From Macrostomum lignano (taxonomy: Eukaryota), in contig NIVC01000040.1 of assembly GCA_002269645.1 (NCBI GenBank), forward strand, positions 124,001-188,000: a stretch of 64,000 nucleotides of DNA, written 5' to 3'. The notes under the pieces are model-generated. The model worked only from the letters and a program-made list of their open reading frames with translations, ran no database searches and was not told the DNA's origin. The position numbers and the translations under genes were made by a program. Positions 13,557 to 55,844 of the stretch are shown piece after piece; position 1 is the stretch's first letter, and every line of letters begins with the position of its first letter.

Positions 13557-14553
13557 TAGTGGCGCAACTAGGGGGGATGGCATATATAGGTGCAGCCCAT
13601 TTCAGCAAAGGAATTTTTGGCAAAAGATGCTTCAGCTAAAAGAGAATTTTTAGTTTAAATAGATGTACATTTTGGCAAAAAAAGTGATCAGTTTGGCAAA
13701 AAGATTGGCTACGTAATACATATATAATTGCAAATATATATTTTTGGTGATTGAAGCTTTTAATAAATTATTCATTGCTGCAAATTATTTGCAGTTAGAA
13801 AATTTGAAAACTCATGAATTAGCTAATAACTATGTTATGTATATGCAATCTATCAATATGCAATTGATAGATTAAGAATGATGATAGTGTGTAGGCCTAA
13901 CTTGTAGTTTTTCAGTTCCAGTTCCTAAAATTATACTTTGAAATCCTGCCATAATAGAATGGCATCTAATAAAACAACTGAATTAAACTGCAACAGAATA
14001 AAAAACATGTTACATAAAATTAGTCTTTATACAGTTTGTTGTTTTTCTTTTTAACTTTCTTCTTAAACAACAAAAACTCTTTACCAAACCTTGGAACAAA
14101 TCTTTTGTTGGAATGGTCAGCTTTAGATGAAATAGTCATTGCAAAAGTCATTTTTGCCATTATTGACTTTTGCCAAAGTGGGTTAAAACTGCATAGGCCT
14201 AGGCCTATATGCGCAACCTTAGGAATCACTTGGCCATTTCTATTAGCAACACACACATGTAAGTTGCTATTGGCTAAGAGCAATCACATGACTACTATTC
14301 TATCTAATAACAACTAAAATGTGTGTATTACCAATAGAAATGGTCAAGTGAATCCCTAGGTTGCACCCAAGCATGGGGAGTGGGGGGGAAGCAGTTGCAC
14401 CCCTTTAGACAGAGACCAGAAAATAATCAAAGGCCCAAAGGCTGGGGACCAAGCGAATTTTTGCAAAAAATAGAGCCACCTCTACCTCCTCCCGAGTCTT
14501 TACCCTAGGCTATAGAATCCGTACCCCTCAAAAAATTTCTAATTGCGCTACTG
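13557..14553. mobile_element. hAT-type non-autonomous element, 997 bp
   Basis: Exact 8-bp TSD GCTCCTTA (13549-13556 / 14554-14561); imperfect TIR TAGTGGCGCAA vs CAGTAGCGCAA. Confidence 0.75.
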
Positions 14554-15000
14554 GCTCCTTAGTTGATAAAATGCCAATTCAATCCCAATTGACTAAGCCT
14601 ATTGCTGCCTATTTGACTAGGCCTAGGATCTTTTTAGGCCTAGGGTCTAGGGCCTCAGCCTAATTAATTGCTTTACCTTTAAGACTAGGGCCTAGGCCTA
14701 GCTAGGAGGCTAATTCATAATTTCATAGAAAAGTCATGCAAAATTGTCATAGGTCAAGGCCCTTATAATGGGGGAATAATGCCAATGGCTAGGTTTATAT
14801 TAAATAATAATTTAAAATAAATAGGTAAGCCTTCAAATTAGCATAAAACTCTAAGCTTTCTAGACTGATAGGCTTTGGTGTTTGTAAACTAACTGTATCT
14901 GTAATCTGTATGTGTATCACTGAAACCCATTAGCTATTCTTTTAATTATATTTATCTAGACAGACTATAGGCCTACTACTAGCCTAGTAATGATTCAGAA

Positions 15001-15596
15001 TAGAGCTCGAACGGGAGCAGAATTTTCGGGATCAGGATTGAAAATAATTTTGGGATCAGGATTCGGGATTAGTATTCGGGAATCCGGGATCTGGGAATAT
15101 ATTACTTACTAATGAATCAAATCAAGGATTCAAGGATAGTTTTATATTATTATATATATTTTATATTTCAAGGACTGTTCTGCGTTAATGTAATATTAAA
15201 TTGCATTAGTTATACTGCAATTTTTTCTTGTAAAATTCTGGTTCTGGAATTGCTTCGTGAAAAGCCTCAAACTCGAATCGCTTCGTGAAAAGCCTCATAC
15301 TTGTTAGTTCGTTATTTACGAGTACAACTCTTTACAAATCTGTTACTAAGTAAAAATCTGCTGCTTTATTTGGTGAATTCAAGATCAGACTTTCAACATA
15401 TTTATAGTTGCTGTTACAAAAATTAGCTTAGTATTGATTACTGCTCTTGATTGTTGAAAGCATCATCTTCATTATCAATCTATTGTGCTCCCGAATCCCG
15501 AGTTCTCTAAGCCTTCGGATCCCGATCCCGAATTCCCGAAAAATCTTCGGGATCCCGAGAATTCGAGATCGGGATCGGGATCCCGTTTGAGCTCTA
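15001..15596. mobile_element. hAT-type MITE, 596 bp
   Basis: 16-bp TIR TAGAGCTC(G/A)AACGGGA with 1 mismatch, exact 8-bp TSD ATTCAGAA, and inverted subterminal CGGGAT/ATCCCG clusters. Confidence 0.88.
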
Positions 15597-16613
15597 ATTC
15601 AGAATTCTTATGACTAACAATACGACTAGGCCTGCACTAACTAGGCCTAGGACTACCTACACTACGTCTATGTCTACACTACAGCTACAGACACAGTACA
15701 ACCAGAACCTCATAAGCTTAAGGCCTATTATGTACTAGACAGTAGGCCTACTAGGCTATTAGTACTGGAGTCCTAGACTTAAGAGTAGGCCCTAAAGATT
15801 GACGACACGAACTAATGTGTTGTGTACATTGTACAGTCAAACTTAAATAGGTTCGCATGGTTAACAAGTGCAACGGATTCTTTTTTAGTCTGTCGTCTTA
15901 ACGTCTTATCACTGCCAGTGCCATGACATGTGCGTAATGCTGTTAATGCATTGGCAACGTCAATGTTCCATGTACAATGATTCGATCAGATTACAGCGAT
16001 CGTGATAAAAACTGAGTTCGCGTAAAATTGAAGATTCGGTGAGTTTTAACAAAAGAACAAAAGAATTAACCGTTAATTTATTAGATGAGAAGTTTGTATT
16101 TATATTGAACGAACTTTATTGAGTTGAAGCAATTAAGGAATTTAACACAACAAAAAGTGTGAGAGTTTAGCGGAAAACCAATTGTACATGTAGCTCTTAT
16201 AAACTGGTGTACATGTATCATGTCCGTGGTGTACATGTATAAATAGTTGAAAACGAAGCATTTCCGAATACAAATCTTTATATAGAGCGTTGTGGCGGCT
16301 AGCCTAATGACTTTCACTCGTAGTCTATGACACCACTTTTGCTTTTACGCACCGCGCTACTCTATTTAGCCCACGGGCATAATCAAATATAAAACCATAT
16401 CCGTGTTCCTTTAAGATTCGCCTTGCTCAGCAGGCCGCCAAAGCGTACATACTGTACAATACTCCTTAAATTACACCTGCATTGTTTCCTAGCTCTGCTA
16501 CGCAATGCACGCACCCTCATTTCAGTAGTAGCCACCCCTGATCATTCAGCGCCCATTTCAATCTTACAGCGCCCACTTCACTACTTCAGCACACAATCAC
16601 CTCACTCGAACTG

Positions 16614-44719
<28,106 letters not shown>

Positions 44720-45961
44720 GGTCTGACTTTGTTTCATGCCAGGATCGTCTGCTCCGAGCGAGTTTGGTTTCTGGGGGAACCGGGGACTGATAAGGGGTCC
44801 AGTATTTGGGGGGGGGGGTGCTGGGCTGACTGGATTGGCTGGCTCTGCATGGGCGCCCCCCCCCCATTGCTGGGACAGCTGGGAGGAGCCAAGTGCTCAA
44901 CAGCTGGTAGTTAGCGTTCTTCCACACTCTCTCTTTCTCTTCATCTACTTCCTTGTCGCTTTCTCTACCCTCCCTTTTCTTCTCTCAACAGGTTAAAATA
45001 AATATTTATAAATATTTCTAAATAGTTTCTCTCTCTCTGCCTCTCCTTCACCTTCTCCCTCTCCCTCTCTCTCCCTCTCCCTCAACCTCTCCGTCTGCCT
45101 CTCCTGCTTTCATCTTTCTACCTCTCCGAATCTTCCCAGCAGTGGCATACACGCACTAGCCAGTGTCCTTAATCCCTAATTCCCATGGGAAGAGAATTAG
45201 CCAGCGGGCCAGCCGAACATTGCCAGATTTAAGAGACAGAAAAAACACCAGCCGGAGAGTAATAAATGAGTTCGGACAGGTCTACCTAAAAAGTACAAGG
45301 CACTGACAAACTGGATGGATAATTCATAATGAAGCTGGCCCTGTTCGGAACAGAAGAGGTAAGAAAGATTGAGAGAGGGAGAAGAGGCAGACAGGCAAGA
45401 GGGTACTCAAACAGTGACGGATAGCAGCTGCCCCACAGAGCTGTTGCCAAGATAGATTACTCTTACTAATGGCCGAAAAAAACTAACAAAAAGCTGTGAG
45501 ATGATAAATTATCCAGACAGAAAATTTTTTGCCCTGTTCGACATTCTCAGAGCCGAGGTCGCTTCCTGATCTTCCTCTCGGTGTAGTTCGTATCTGGGCA
45601 GCGAGTGAGCAGTGTGACCTTACGAGACCTCCTTACCACCTTCCCTACCGCCCAGTTCCATGCACGCAACAGGCAGTGCGCATTGGCAAAATATAGCACC
45701 AGGTAGAGAGACTGGGATAAATGACTAGAGGCAAAGCAACTTTTTCTTTCGGAATTGGGTCTTCCCAGATCTTACCTTGCCAGTAAGCCTCATCATCTCA
45801 AGAAGCTTCCCACAGCTAGCCGCCTAATTAGTACAAAAGCTTTTCACTTCATGCTGGGACACGATCGGGTGGGATTGACTCACTTACTCACTTGGGACCT
45901 GACAGCTTGCCCGTACAACCAGATATTCTTAATGTGTTTTTGCAGACAGTATCATTAGTCA

Positions 45962-46200
45962 CCCAATCTCACTCCCAGATCCCCAATCTCACTCCCAGAT
46001 TCCCTATCTAACTCCCAGATTCCCACTCTCACTACCAGATTCCCAATCTCACTCCCAGATCCCCAATCTCACTCCTAGATTCCAATCTAAATCCTAGATC
46101 CCCAATCTCACTCCCAGATCCCCAATCTCACTCCCAGATTTCCACTCTCACTCCCAGATTCCCAATCTCACTGAAATCCCCATTCTCATTCCTGGATCCC
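45962..46200. repeat. 20-bp minisatellite (CCCAATCTCACTCCCAGATC)n
   Basis: About 11 units; resembles the 43212-44182 unit. Confidence 0.88.
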
Positions 46201-46614
46201 GTATCTCACATCTCACTCTTAAATCCTCTAGATTTCGAGTAGTGTCACTCCCAGTTCTACGGTAAAAATATATTTTTACTTATCGTTTTAACTTCATACT
46301 TAAAGTAGTGGCAACTGAAAATTGTAACTTAAAGATTTTCTTTTTTTCGGTTTTTTTTGAATGATTTAATTTATTACAACAATGACACAGATGTTGTTGA
46401 AATCTTTAAAACTAATGTTTATAACGAAGACACACCGGACGTGTAATGTACAAGCGTATTTGCTTTGCAAAAAATAGTAGGCTAAATGTGCAATGTACAT
46501 TGTGACCTTGATAAGGATATTTTTATCGTTAAAATTTTAGGAATCAAATCAATTGATTTTGAATGATCTGTAAGTACAATTCTCTTAAGTTTTGATTGTA
46601 AGGGGTACTTAGCA

Positions 46615-47820
46615 TTGATGTGAGGATAATGGGGTGAGGATAATGCTGTGAGGATAATGGTGTGAGGATAATGGTGTGAGGATAATGGGGTGAGGATAAT
46701 GGGGTGAGGATAATGGTGTGAGGATAATGGGGTGAGGATAATGGTGTGAGGATAATGGGGTGAGGATAATGGGGTGAGGATAATGGTGTGAGGATAATGG
46801 TGTGAGGATAATGGGGTGAGGATAATGGGGTGAGGATAATGGTGTGAGGATAATGGTGTGAGGATAATGGGGTGAGGATAATGGTGTGAGGATAATGGTG
46901 TGAGGATAATGGGGTGAGGATAATGGTGTGGGGATAATGGTGTGAGGATAATGGGGTGAGGATAATGGTGTGAGGATAATGGGGTGAGGATAATGGTGTG
47001 AGGATAATGGGGTGAGGATAATGGGGTGAGGATAATGGTGTGAGGATAATGGTGTGAGGATAATGGTGTGAGGATAATGGGGTGAGGATAATGGTGTGGG
47101 GATAATGGTGTGAGGATAATGGGGTGAGGATAATGGTGTGAGGATAATGGGGTGAGGATAATTGTGTGAGGATAATGGGGTGAGGATAATGGTGTGAGGA
47201 TAATGGTGTGAGGATAATGGGGTGAAAATAATGGGGTGAGGATAATGGTGTGAGAATAATGGTGTGAAAATAATGGGGTGAGGATAATGGGGTGAAAATA
47301 ATGGGGTGAGGATAATGGGGTGAGGATAATGGGGTGAAAATAATGGGGTGAGGATAATGGGGTGAGGATAATGGTGTGAGGATAATGGTGTGAAAATAAT
47401 GGGGTGAGGATAAATAAAGAAAGCATAATGGTGTGAGGATAATGGGGTGAGGATAATGGTGTGAGGATAATGGGGTGAGGATAATTGTGTGAGGATAATG
47501 GGGTGAGGATAATGGTGTGAGGATAATGGTGTGAGGATAATGGGGTGAAAATAATGGGGTGAGGATAATGGTGTGAGAATAATGGTGTGAAAATAATGGG
47601 GTGAGGATAATGGGGTGAAAATAATGGGGTGAGGATAATGGGGTGAGGATAATGGGGTGAAAATAATGGGGTGAGGATAATGGGGTGAGGATAATGGTGT
47701 GAGGATAATGGTGTGAAAATAATGGGGTGAGGATAAATAAAGAAAGCATAATGGGGTGAGGATAATGATTTAGGGATATTGGTGTGAGGATAATTGGTGA
47801 GGATAATGGGGTGGGAATAA
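46615..47820. repeat. 14-bp minisatellite (GTGAGGATAATGGK)n downstream of the GPCR stop
   Basis: About 85 units. Confidence 0.96.
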
Positions 47821-47984
47821 TGAGGATTGATGTGAGGCTAATGAACAATAATGATAAAAGGACAATAAGCATTGATGGGAGGTTTATTAAACGTGAGAGC
47901 AAACAAAGAAGCATTTTATGTGGACAATGATGGGATAGCCAAGTGAAGAGACAGTCTCTACACAATTTCTCCTTATTATAGCAG

Positions 47985-50900
47985 TTAGGCCTGCTGCTGC
48001 TCCCTCCGCAGTACCCGCCGCCGCCGCAGACATTGAGGCGCTAGACGGCTAGTCAGTTCCGCGGCCGTTTGTCGGTACCTGCCGCAGGCGAAGCAGTACA
48101 CGAACAGGTTACACACGCTGTCAAGAGCTACTAGCATGCCAGCGACTCGGCGATAGACAGCCGCGGTCTGGCGCGTGGCACTATAGCAGAATGCGATGCC
48201 CAGTGCTAGTGGCAGTTCCAGAGTGACAAACACAGCAGTCAGAGCCAGCACTGTGCGCGTCACTGTGCCTGTGACCTCGGCGCGCCGTCTGCGGCTAAGG
48301 ATGTGTCAGTGAAGAGAAGGAAGGGTGGGAACAATGGAAAATGTACACTCATTCAATATGTGCTGAAACCCCAACCCCTCCCAAATTTTTCCATACCCCT
48401 ACGTACATAATGCGACGTTGGTCTACCACCCTCAACCATTTCTCGTCCCATCTATGTACAGTGGAGCTAGAGTTGTAAACTGATAAACGTACATCAGGCT
48501 ATAGACGATCGATATCACGCAAAGCACTCGTGCCTTCGCTTTGCGAGCTAGCAGTCAAGCTGCCCCACCCCCCACCCCCAACATTATACACGCGCCCAAA
48601 GACTACCACAAAATCTCAATCACCATTTCTTTCTTACCCTCTACGTCCCACCCAGAAATCCAACTTCTAAACTGCACATAGACTTCTTCATTAGGGGCCA
48701 CAATCCCGGGATCCCGGAAAAAGCCCTAAGATCCAGTGATTCACAGGGTCGGGATTCAATCCCGGAAAGTTAATGCTATGCTTTTATAATGTCTGATATA
48801 TTATGTATAGGAGTTATACATAATATATATGCATTTAGTACAATATTTATATTACGAGTAGAATGTGTATATAATGTTATATATTATCAGTACATTACCA
48901 GACTAGCATTACCCCTTTAGCTCCTACCATGCGTTATAAAAATGTCAGTCGCAGCATTTTTATGACATTATAACAATTCTATGACAAGGATGGTAGTGGA
49001 AAATATCAATCCCGGAATTGACAGAATACGGGATTTTGTGACCCCTATTCTCCATACATTTGGTTGAACTCCTTAAGTTCATCGCATAATAGACAAGCAA
49101 AGTCTTTGGTCTTCTTAATCTTACTAGGAGATTAATCTTACTCACTTAAACTTACACAGACTGGCCCAAAATCAGACTTCCTGTAATAATTATTATACAG
49201 CCTACGACTTTCTTGTCCTTGTTTGCAGCTTACACAGCGAATAAGGCATTTGGAAACGACTGAATAAAGAAAGTAAAGGTGCCGTCAGTAAAAGTCAGCG
49301 ACCCACCTCCCGTAGCCGCTGCATTCGCCAAGCTCCAAGCTTTGCCATCGTCGTACAAGTCGCACAGTCAGGCAGCAGAAAGTGGACACAATTACCACAG
49401 GCACGGCCGACTGTGATAGCAGCAGGCAGGCCTCCAGCAGCTCCAGGCCAGCGGAGCTGGAGTGACCAGCCAGCACGCGAACTCGTGTAGGGCGCTTGTT
49501 GCATAGCGTGACTGGGCGTATCGGGATTTCAAGAGGTCGGGTTTGGAATAGCATCATGTTGGATAGTTTGCGACATGTACGAGTACGAGCTATCAGCAAA
49601 GACACGTCTAATTCTACTGAAATACACTCAAGATCAAAGGCGGTATGTCTAATTCTACTAAAATACACCCACGATCAAAGGCGGTATGTCTAATTCTACT
49701 AAAATACACCCAAGATCAAAGGCGGTATGTCTAATTCTACTAAAATACACCCACGATCAAAGGCGGTATGTCTAATTCTACGAGTACTAAAATACACCCA
49801 CGATCAAAGGCGGCATGTCCAATTCTACTAAAATACACCCAAGATCAAAAGCGGCATGTCTAAATCTACTGAAATACACTCAAGATCAAAGGCGGTATGT
49901 CTAATTCTACTAAAATACACCCACGATCAAAGGCGGTATGTCTAATTCTACTAAAATACACCCACGATCAAAAGCGGCATGTCTAAATCTACTGAAATAC
50001 ACTCAAGATCAAAGGCGGCATATCTAATTATACTAAAATGCATCCAAGATCAAAGGCGGCATGTCTGATTCTACTAAAATACACCCAAGATCAAAGGCGG
50101 CACGTCTGATTCTACTAAAATACACCCAAGATCAAAAGCTACATGCAGTCGACGTGTCGACAAAGGCAGCACGTAGTGACAGAGTAGGCGGCAGTAGTGT
50201 CACTATTGATGCATAAATGTATGATTCTCCTCATCAGGATTACCCAAATTACCTTCAAGATCAAAAGCAGCACTCAGTCCAATCGATTCGGCCACAGATA
50301 CGGCAAATAAAGTAACAAAAATCACTCTCGACCATCGTTCAATCAGATTAGCTGAACCAATGACTGCCACTTTCGAGTTTCGCATCGGCCCTCGAACAGC
50401 CAGATACCTGGCGCAGCAGATCACGGCTACCCACCAATTTCGAAGCGACAGAAAGGCGTGACCGCCAATGGTGGACAATGCCTATAAGACACGGGTGTAA
50501 TATTGTAAGCTTTAAAATGTGGTGTCAACAAAAGCGGTAAGATTTGAACGCGTGATCGGCTAGGACCAATCTTTTTGGCACACACTTATAGAGTTTTACT
50601 AATTCTTTTTGCACTACTTAAGATTAGGCTATCTCTTGCAAAAGTTGTGTACATTTCATACTCCTTTAATGTACGTGCGTACATCAGACTATTACCTCCA
50701 TAATATAAACTTTTACTATAAGAAGTCACAAGCAAGGTCACCGAGGAACCAGGTGCATCACGGATACGCTTGGAAGAATACCAGGAATACCAGCAAAAAC
50801 ACTAGGAGTTCTTGAAGTGTTTGCAAGAATACCGGGAGTTCCTTTGGCGCTTACAAGAGCACTAGGAGTTCCTGTGACGCTTGTAAGAACACCGAGAGTT

Positions 50901-53900
50901 CCTGCGACGCTTGTAAGAACACCGAGAGTGCATGTGACGATTGTAAGAACACCGAGAGTTCCTGCGACGCTTGTAAGAACACCGAGAGTTCCTGCGACGC
51001 TTGTAAGAACACCGAGAGTTCCTGTGACGCTTGTAAGAACACCGAGAGTTCCTGTGACGCTTGTAAGAACACCGAGAGTTCCTGTGACGCTTGTAAGAAC
51101 ACCGAGAGTGCATGTGAAGCTTGTAAGAACACCGAGAGTTCCTGCGACGCTTGTAAGAACACTGAGAGTTCTTGCGACGCTTTTAAGAACACCGAGAGTT
51201 CCTGTGACGCTTGTAAGAACACCGAGAGTGCATGTGACGCTTGTAAGAACACCGAGAGTGCATGTGACGCTTGTAAGAACACCGAGAGTCCCTGCGACGC
51301 TTGTAAGAACACCGAGAGTGCATGTGACGCTTGTAAGAACACCGAGAGTGCATGTGACGCTTGTAAGAACACCGAGAGTCCCTGCGACGCTTGTAAGAAC
51401 ACCGAGAGTTCCTGCGACGCTTGTAAGAACACCGAGAGTGCATGTGACGCTTGTAAGAACACCGAGAGTGCATGTGACGATTGTAAGAACACCGAGAGTG
51501 CATTTGACGCTTGTAAGAACACCGAGAGTGCATGTGACGATTGTAAGAACACCGAGAGTGCATGTGACGATTGTAAGAACACCGAGAGTTTCTGCGACGA
51601 TTGTAAGAACACCAAGAGTGCAAGAGTTCCTGCGACGCTTGTAAGAACACCGAGAGTGCATGTGACTATTGTAAGAACACCGAGAGTGCATTTGACGATT
51701 GTAAGAACACTGAGAGTGCAAGAGTTCCTGCGACGCTTGTAAGAACACCGAGAGTTCCTGCGACGCTTGTAAGAACACCGAGAGTGCATGTGACGATTGT
51801 AAGAACACTGAGAGTGCAAGAGTTCCTGCGACGCTTGTAAGAACACCGAGAGTTCCTGCGACGCTTGTAAGAACACCGAGAGTGCATGTGACGATTGTAA
51901 GAACACCGAGAGTTCCTGCGACGCTTGTAAGAACACCGAGAGTTCCTGCGACGCTTGTAAGAACACCGAGAGTGCATGTGACGCTTGTAAGAACACCGAG
52001 AGTTCCTGTGACGCTTGTAAGAACACCGAGAGTGCATGTGAAGCTTGTAAGAACACCGAGAGTTCCTGCGACGCTTGTAAGAACACTGAGAGTTCTTGCG
52101 ACGCTTGTAAGAACACCGAGAGTTCCTGTGACGCTTGTAAGAACACCGAGAGTGCATGTGACGCTTGTAAGAACACCGAGAGTGCATGTGACGCTTGTAA
52201 GAACACCGAGAGTCCCTGCGACGCTTGTAAGAACACCGAGAGTTCCTGTGACGCTTGTAAGAACACCGAGAGTGCATGTGACGCTTGTAAGAACACCGAG
52301 AGTCCCTGCGACGCTTGTAAGAACACCGAGAGTTCCTGCGACGCTTGTAAGAACACCGAGAGTGCATGTGACGCTTGTAAGAACACCGAGAGTGCATGTG
52401 ACGCTTGTAAGAACACCGAGAGTGCATTTGACGCTTGTAAGAACACCGAGAGTGCATGTGACGCTTGTAAGAACACCGAGAGTGCATGTGACGATTGTAA
52501 GAACACCGAGAGTTTCTGCGACGATTGTAAGAACACCAAGAGTGCAAGAGTTCCTGCGACGCTTGTAAGAACACCGAGAGTGCATGTGACTATTGTAAGA
52601 ACACCGAGAGTGCATTTGACGATTGTAAGAACACTGAGAGTGCAAGAGTTCCTGCGACGCTTGTAAGAACACCGAGAGTGCATGTGACGATTGTAAGAAC
52701 ACCGAGAGTGCATGTGACGATTGTAAGAACACCGAGAGTGCATGTGACGATTGTAAGAATACCGAGAATGCATGTGACGATTGTAAGAACACCGAGAGTG
52801 CATGTGACGAATGTAAGAGCACTGGGAGTGCATTTGACGCTTGTAAGAACACCGAGAGTGCATGCGACGCTTGTAAGAACACCGAGAGTGCATGTGACGC
52901 TTGTAAGAACACCGAGAGTGCATGTGACGATTGTAAGAACACCGAGAGTGCATTTGACGCTTGTAAGAACACCGAGAGTGCATGTGACGATTGTAAGAAC
53001 ACCGAGAGTGCATGTGACGATTGTAAGAACACCGAGAGTGCATGTGACGAATGTAAGAGCACCGGGAGTGCATTTGACGCTTGTAAGAACACCGAGAGTG
53101 CATGCGACGCTTGTAAGAACACCGAGAGTGCATGTGCCGCTTGTAAGAACACCGAGAGTGCATGTGACGATTGTAAGAACACAGAGAGTTCATTTGACGC
53201 TTGTAAGAACACCGAGAGTGCATGTGACGATTGTAAGAACACCGAGAGTGCATGTGACGATTGTAAGAACACCGAGAGTGCATGTGACGAATGTAAGAGC
53301 ACCGGGAGTGCATTTGACGCTTGTAAGAACACCGAGAGTGCATGCGACGCTTGTAAGAACACCGAGAGTGCATGTGACGCTTGTAAGAACACCGAGAGTG
53401 CATGTGACGATTGTAAGAACACCGAGAGTGCATTTGACGCTTGTAAGAACACCGAGAGTGCATGTGACGATTGTAAGAACACCGAGAGTGCATGTGACGA
53501 TTGTAAGAACACCGAGAGTGCATGTGACGATTGTAAGAACACCGAGAGTGCATGTGACTATTGTAAGAACACCGAGAGTGCATTTGACGATTGTAAGAAC
53601 ACTGAGAGTGCAAGAGTTCCTGCGACGCTTGTAAGAACACCGAGAGTGCATGTGACGATTGTAAGAACACCGAGAGTGCATGTGACGATTGTAAGAACAC
53701 CGAGAGTGCATGTGACGATTGTAAGAACACCGAGAGTGCATGTGCCGATTGTAAGAACACCGAGAGTGCATGTGACGATTATAAGAACACCGGGAGTTTC
53801 TGGTGTGCAACGGCAAGTGAGCTCCAATCTACTCGTAAAATCTGCTACCTCGTGATAAGAATCTCACCTGCAAACAGGCGGCGGGCCAAGCGGTCTCAAC

Positions 53901-54197
53901 GAAATGCAGACCCAACTCGGGCACCACCTTGACCAGAGCGTAGGCAATCTCTGCTGAGCACAGCAGCCTGAGCAGGCGGCCCATCGGACTGCTAGCCAAC
54001 CGGCTGCCACTGGACAGAGGTGTGGCGAACACCGCCAACGAGAACAGGTTGCAGCAGGCGGCAACCAGGTGCAAACCGGCGTCGACAATCTCCAGACAGC
54101 GGGCCGCCGGGCTGCCGTCGTAGCCGTCGTCGATTGGATGCTGCCGGGTTGTCCAGCCGGAGCTGCAGTTCTCCACCGACACCCACTTGAACGGCAT
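47985..54197 (-). CDS. Divergent class A (rhodopsin-like) GPCR, ~383 aa, 4 exons (54197-53868, 50481-50253, 49589-49307, 48294-47985)
   Basis: Seven hydrophobic segments across exons with compatible phases (1152 nt). TM1 LHLVAACCNLFSLAVF, TM3 LRNWWVAVICCARYLAV (DRY->ARY), TM5 AVPVVIVSTFCCLTV, TM6 TRTVLALTAVFVTLELP, TM7 DSVCNLFVY followed by helix 8 RYRQ. Alternative acceptor at 49511 and donor at 50244 are possible. Confidence 0.85.
48692..49047. mobile_element. hAT-type MITE in GPCR intron 3, 356 bp
   Basis: TIR TAGGGGCCACAATCCCG vs TAGGGGTCACAAAATCCCG; TSD TTCTTCAT/TTCTCCAT; subterminal ATCCCG motifs as in the 15001 element. Confidence 0.75.
49600..50140. repeat. 41-bp minisatellite (AATACACCCACGATCAAAGGCGGTATGTCTAATTCTACTAA)n, GPCR intron
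   Basis: About 13 units. Confidence 0.93.
50830..53790. repeat. 30-bp minisatellite (TTGTAAGAACACCGAGAGTGCATGTGACGM)n, ~3 kb, GPCR intron 1
   Basis: About 95 units with higher-order blocks; explains the 934/969-aa ORFs. Confidence 0.97.
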
Positions 54198-55028
54198 GTC
54201 GTTATGAATTGCACTCTGTTGAAATGGTGAGCACTCCGTGCATCGGTGTCTGCAGAAAGCGCGTAATCTGTGCACTTTTGACATGAACTACTTAAAGCGA
54301 CATTGTCACACAACCGGCGAGAGGCATTACTGCCCATTCCGCAAACACACATGCGCGTTGATACGTACGCAGTCACACGCAAGGCACACACTCACACAGG
54401 AGTTTACAGCGGCTCTAACGTTATTTATCGTTAGGAATGTACATTTTACTGTGCCTTGGGGGTTGGACCTCAAGGCCGTTAATTGCACGAGCAGAGAGCC
54501 AAGCTGAGATTCCAATTTAGCTCCAAATTTTACGACTGCACTTGGAATCGAGCCTGGGCCGCACCCTATTTTTGTACTCGCAAAGTGCACTATTATTTTC
54601 CTGCACTTTAAAAAGTTCACTCGGTTTCGTTCGATAAAAAATAAGATCGTAATTAATGCCGACAACATATATCTACATTTTGTTGAACTTCGAGAAACAC
54701 GTTTCTCCCAAACGATCAAGGCACTAGCACCAGTATGTACAACTCAAAAGTCATCCCTTGTAAATAACTGATGGAGAAAAACAATGAAAGCATTATAAAG
54801 TTTACTAGGCAGTGTCAGGCGATCTCAGCCTTTGAAACGAATATTGGGGATATGGGATAATATTATTCATATCGAATATCAACATTTTTGCCATCGCACA
54901 GGCTTTTTCCCTCGGGGGGATTTCAATATTAGATAGGCACATTTCAGTTCATCAATGCATACTGCGTGTTTACATTGAGGTAACAGAAAAACAAAATTGT
55001 AATTTTTCAGCCAAGCATTTGCGGCGGT

Positions 55029-55585
55029 AGTCAGAAGCACTAAACTGTGTGTCAGAAGCACTAAACTGTGTGTCAGAAGCACTAAACTGTGTGTGTCAGA
55101 AGCACTAAACTGTGTATCAGAAGCACTAAACTGTGTGTCAGAAGCACTAAACTGTGTGTCAGAAGCACTAAACTGTGTATCAGAAGCACTAAACTGTGTG
55201 TGTCAGAAGCACTAAACTGTGTGTCAGAAGCACTAAACTGTGTGTCAGAAGCACTAAACTGTGTGTCAGAAGCACTAAACTGTGTGTGTCAGAAGCACTA
55301 AACTGTGTGTCAGAAGCACTAAACTGTGTGTCAGAAGCACTAAACTGTGTGTGTCAGAAGCACTAAACTGTGTGTCAGAAGCACTAAACTGTGTGTGTCA
55401 GAAGCACTAAACTGTGTGTCAGAAGCACTAAACTGTGTGTGTCAGAAGCACTAAACTGTGTGTCAGAAGCACTAAACTGTGTGTCAGAAGCACTAAACTG
55501 TGGGTCAGAAGCACTAAACTGTGTGTGTCAGAAGCACTAAACTGTGTGTCAGAAGCACTAAACTGTGTGTGTCAGAAGTGCTAAA
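55029..55585. repeat. 21/23-bp minisatellite (GTCAGAAGCACTAAACTGTGT)n
   Basis: About 25 units. Confidence 0.95.
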
Positions 55586-55844
55586 CTAATTAAAACTGAT
55601 TTTATCGAGAGAATCAGTCAGATTAATGATGACAATTATAAAAAACTGCTAACAGTTTTTTCAAACCAAAAAGTATTGAATATCTCACCGATTTCCTTGT
55701 TGTTAGCGTCTGTTCCAGTTGTGTGTGCCTAATATCTACATGTTGTGTGTGCTGGATATATCTACATGTAAATGGGCTGAAGAAAAGGCATCCAATCAAA
55801 TCAACCCGACGAATGAAGCCCAGTACCTTTTGACTAATCCTGAT

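Noticed and set aside
50738-53760. 934- and 969-aa ORFs, and similar long ORFs at 3618-4700, 8723-9429, 10090-11034, 17147-18140, 28122-29421, 30269-31904, 37991-39064, 39244-40290 and 46482-47965
   Set aside because: They are translations of stop-free tandem arrays, open in several frames at once, and lie in introns or intergenic DNA of real genes.
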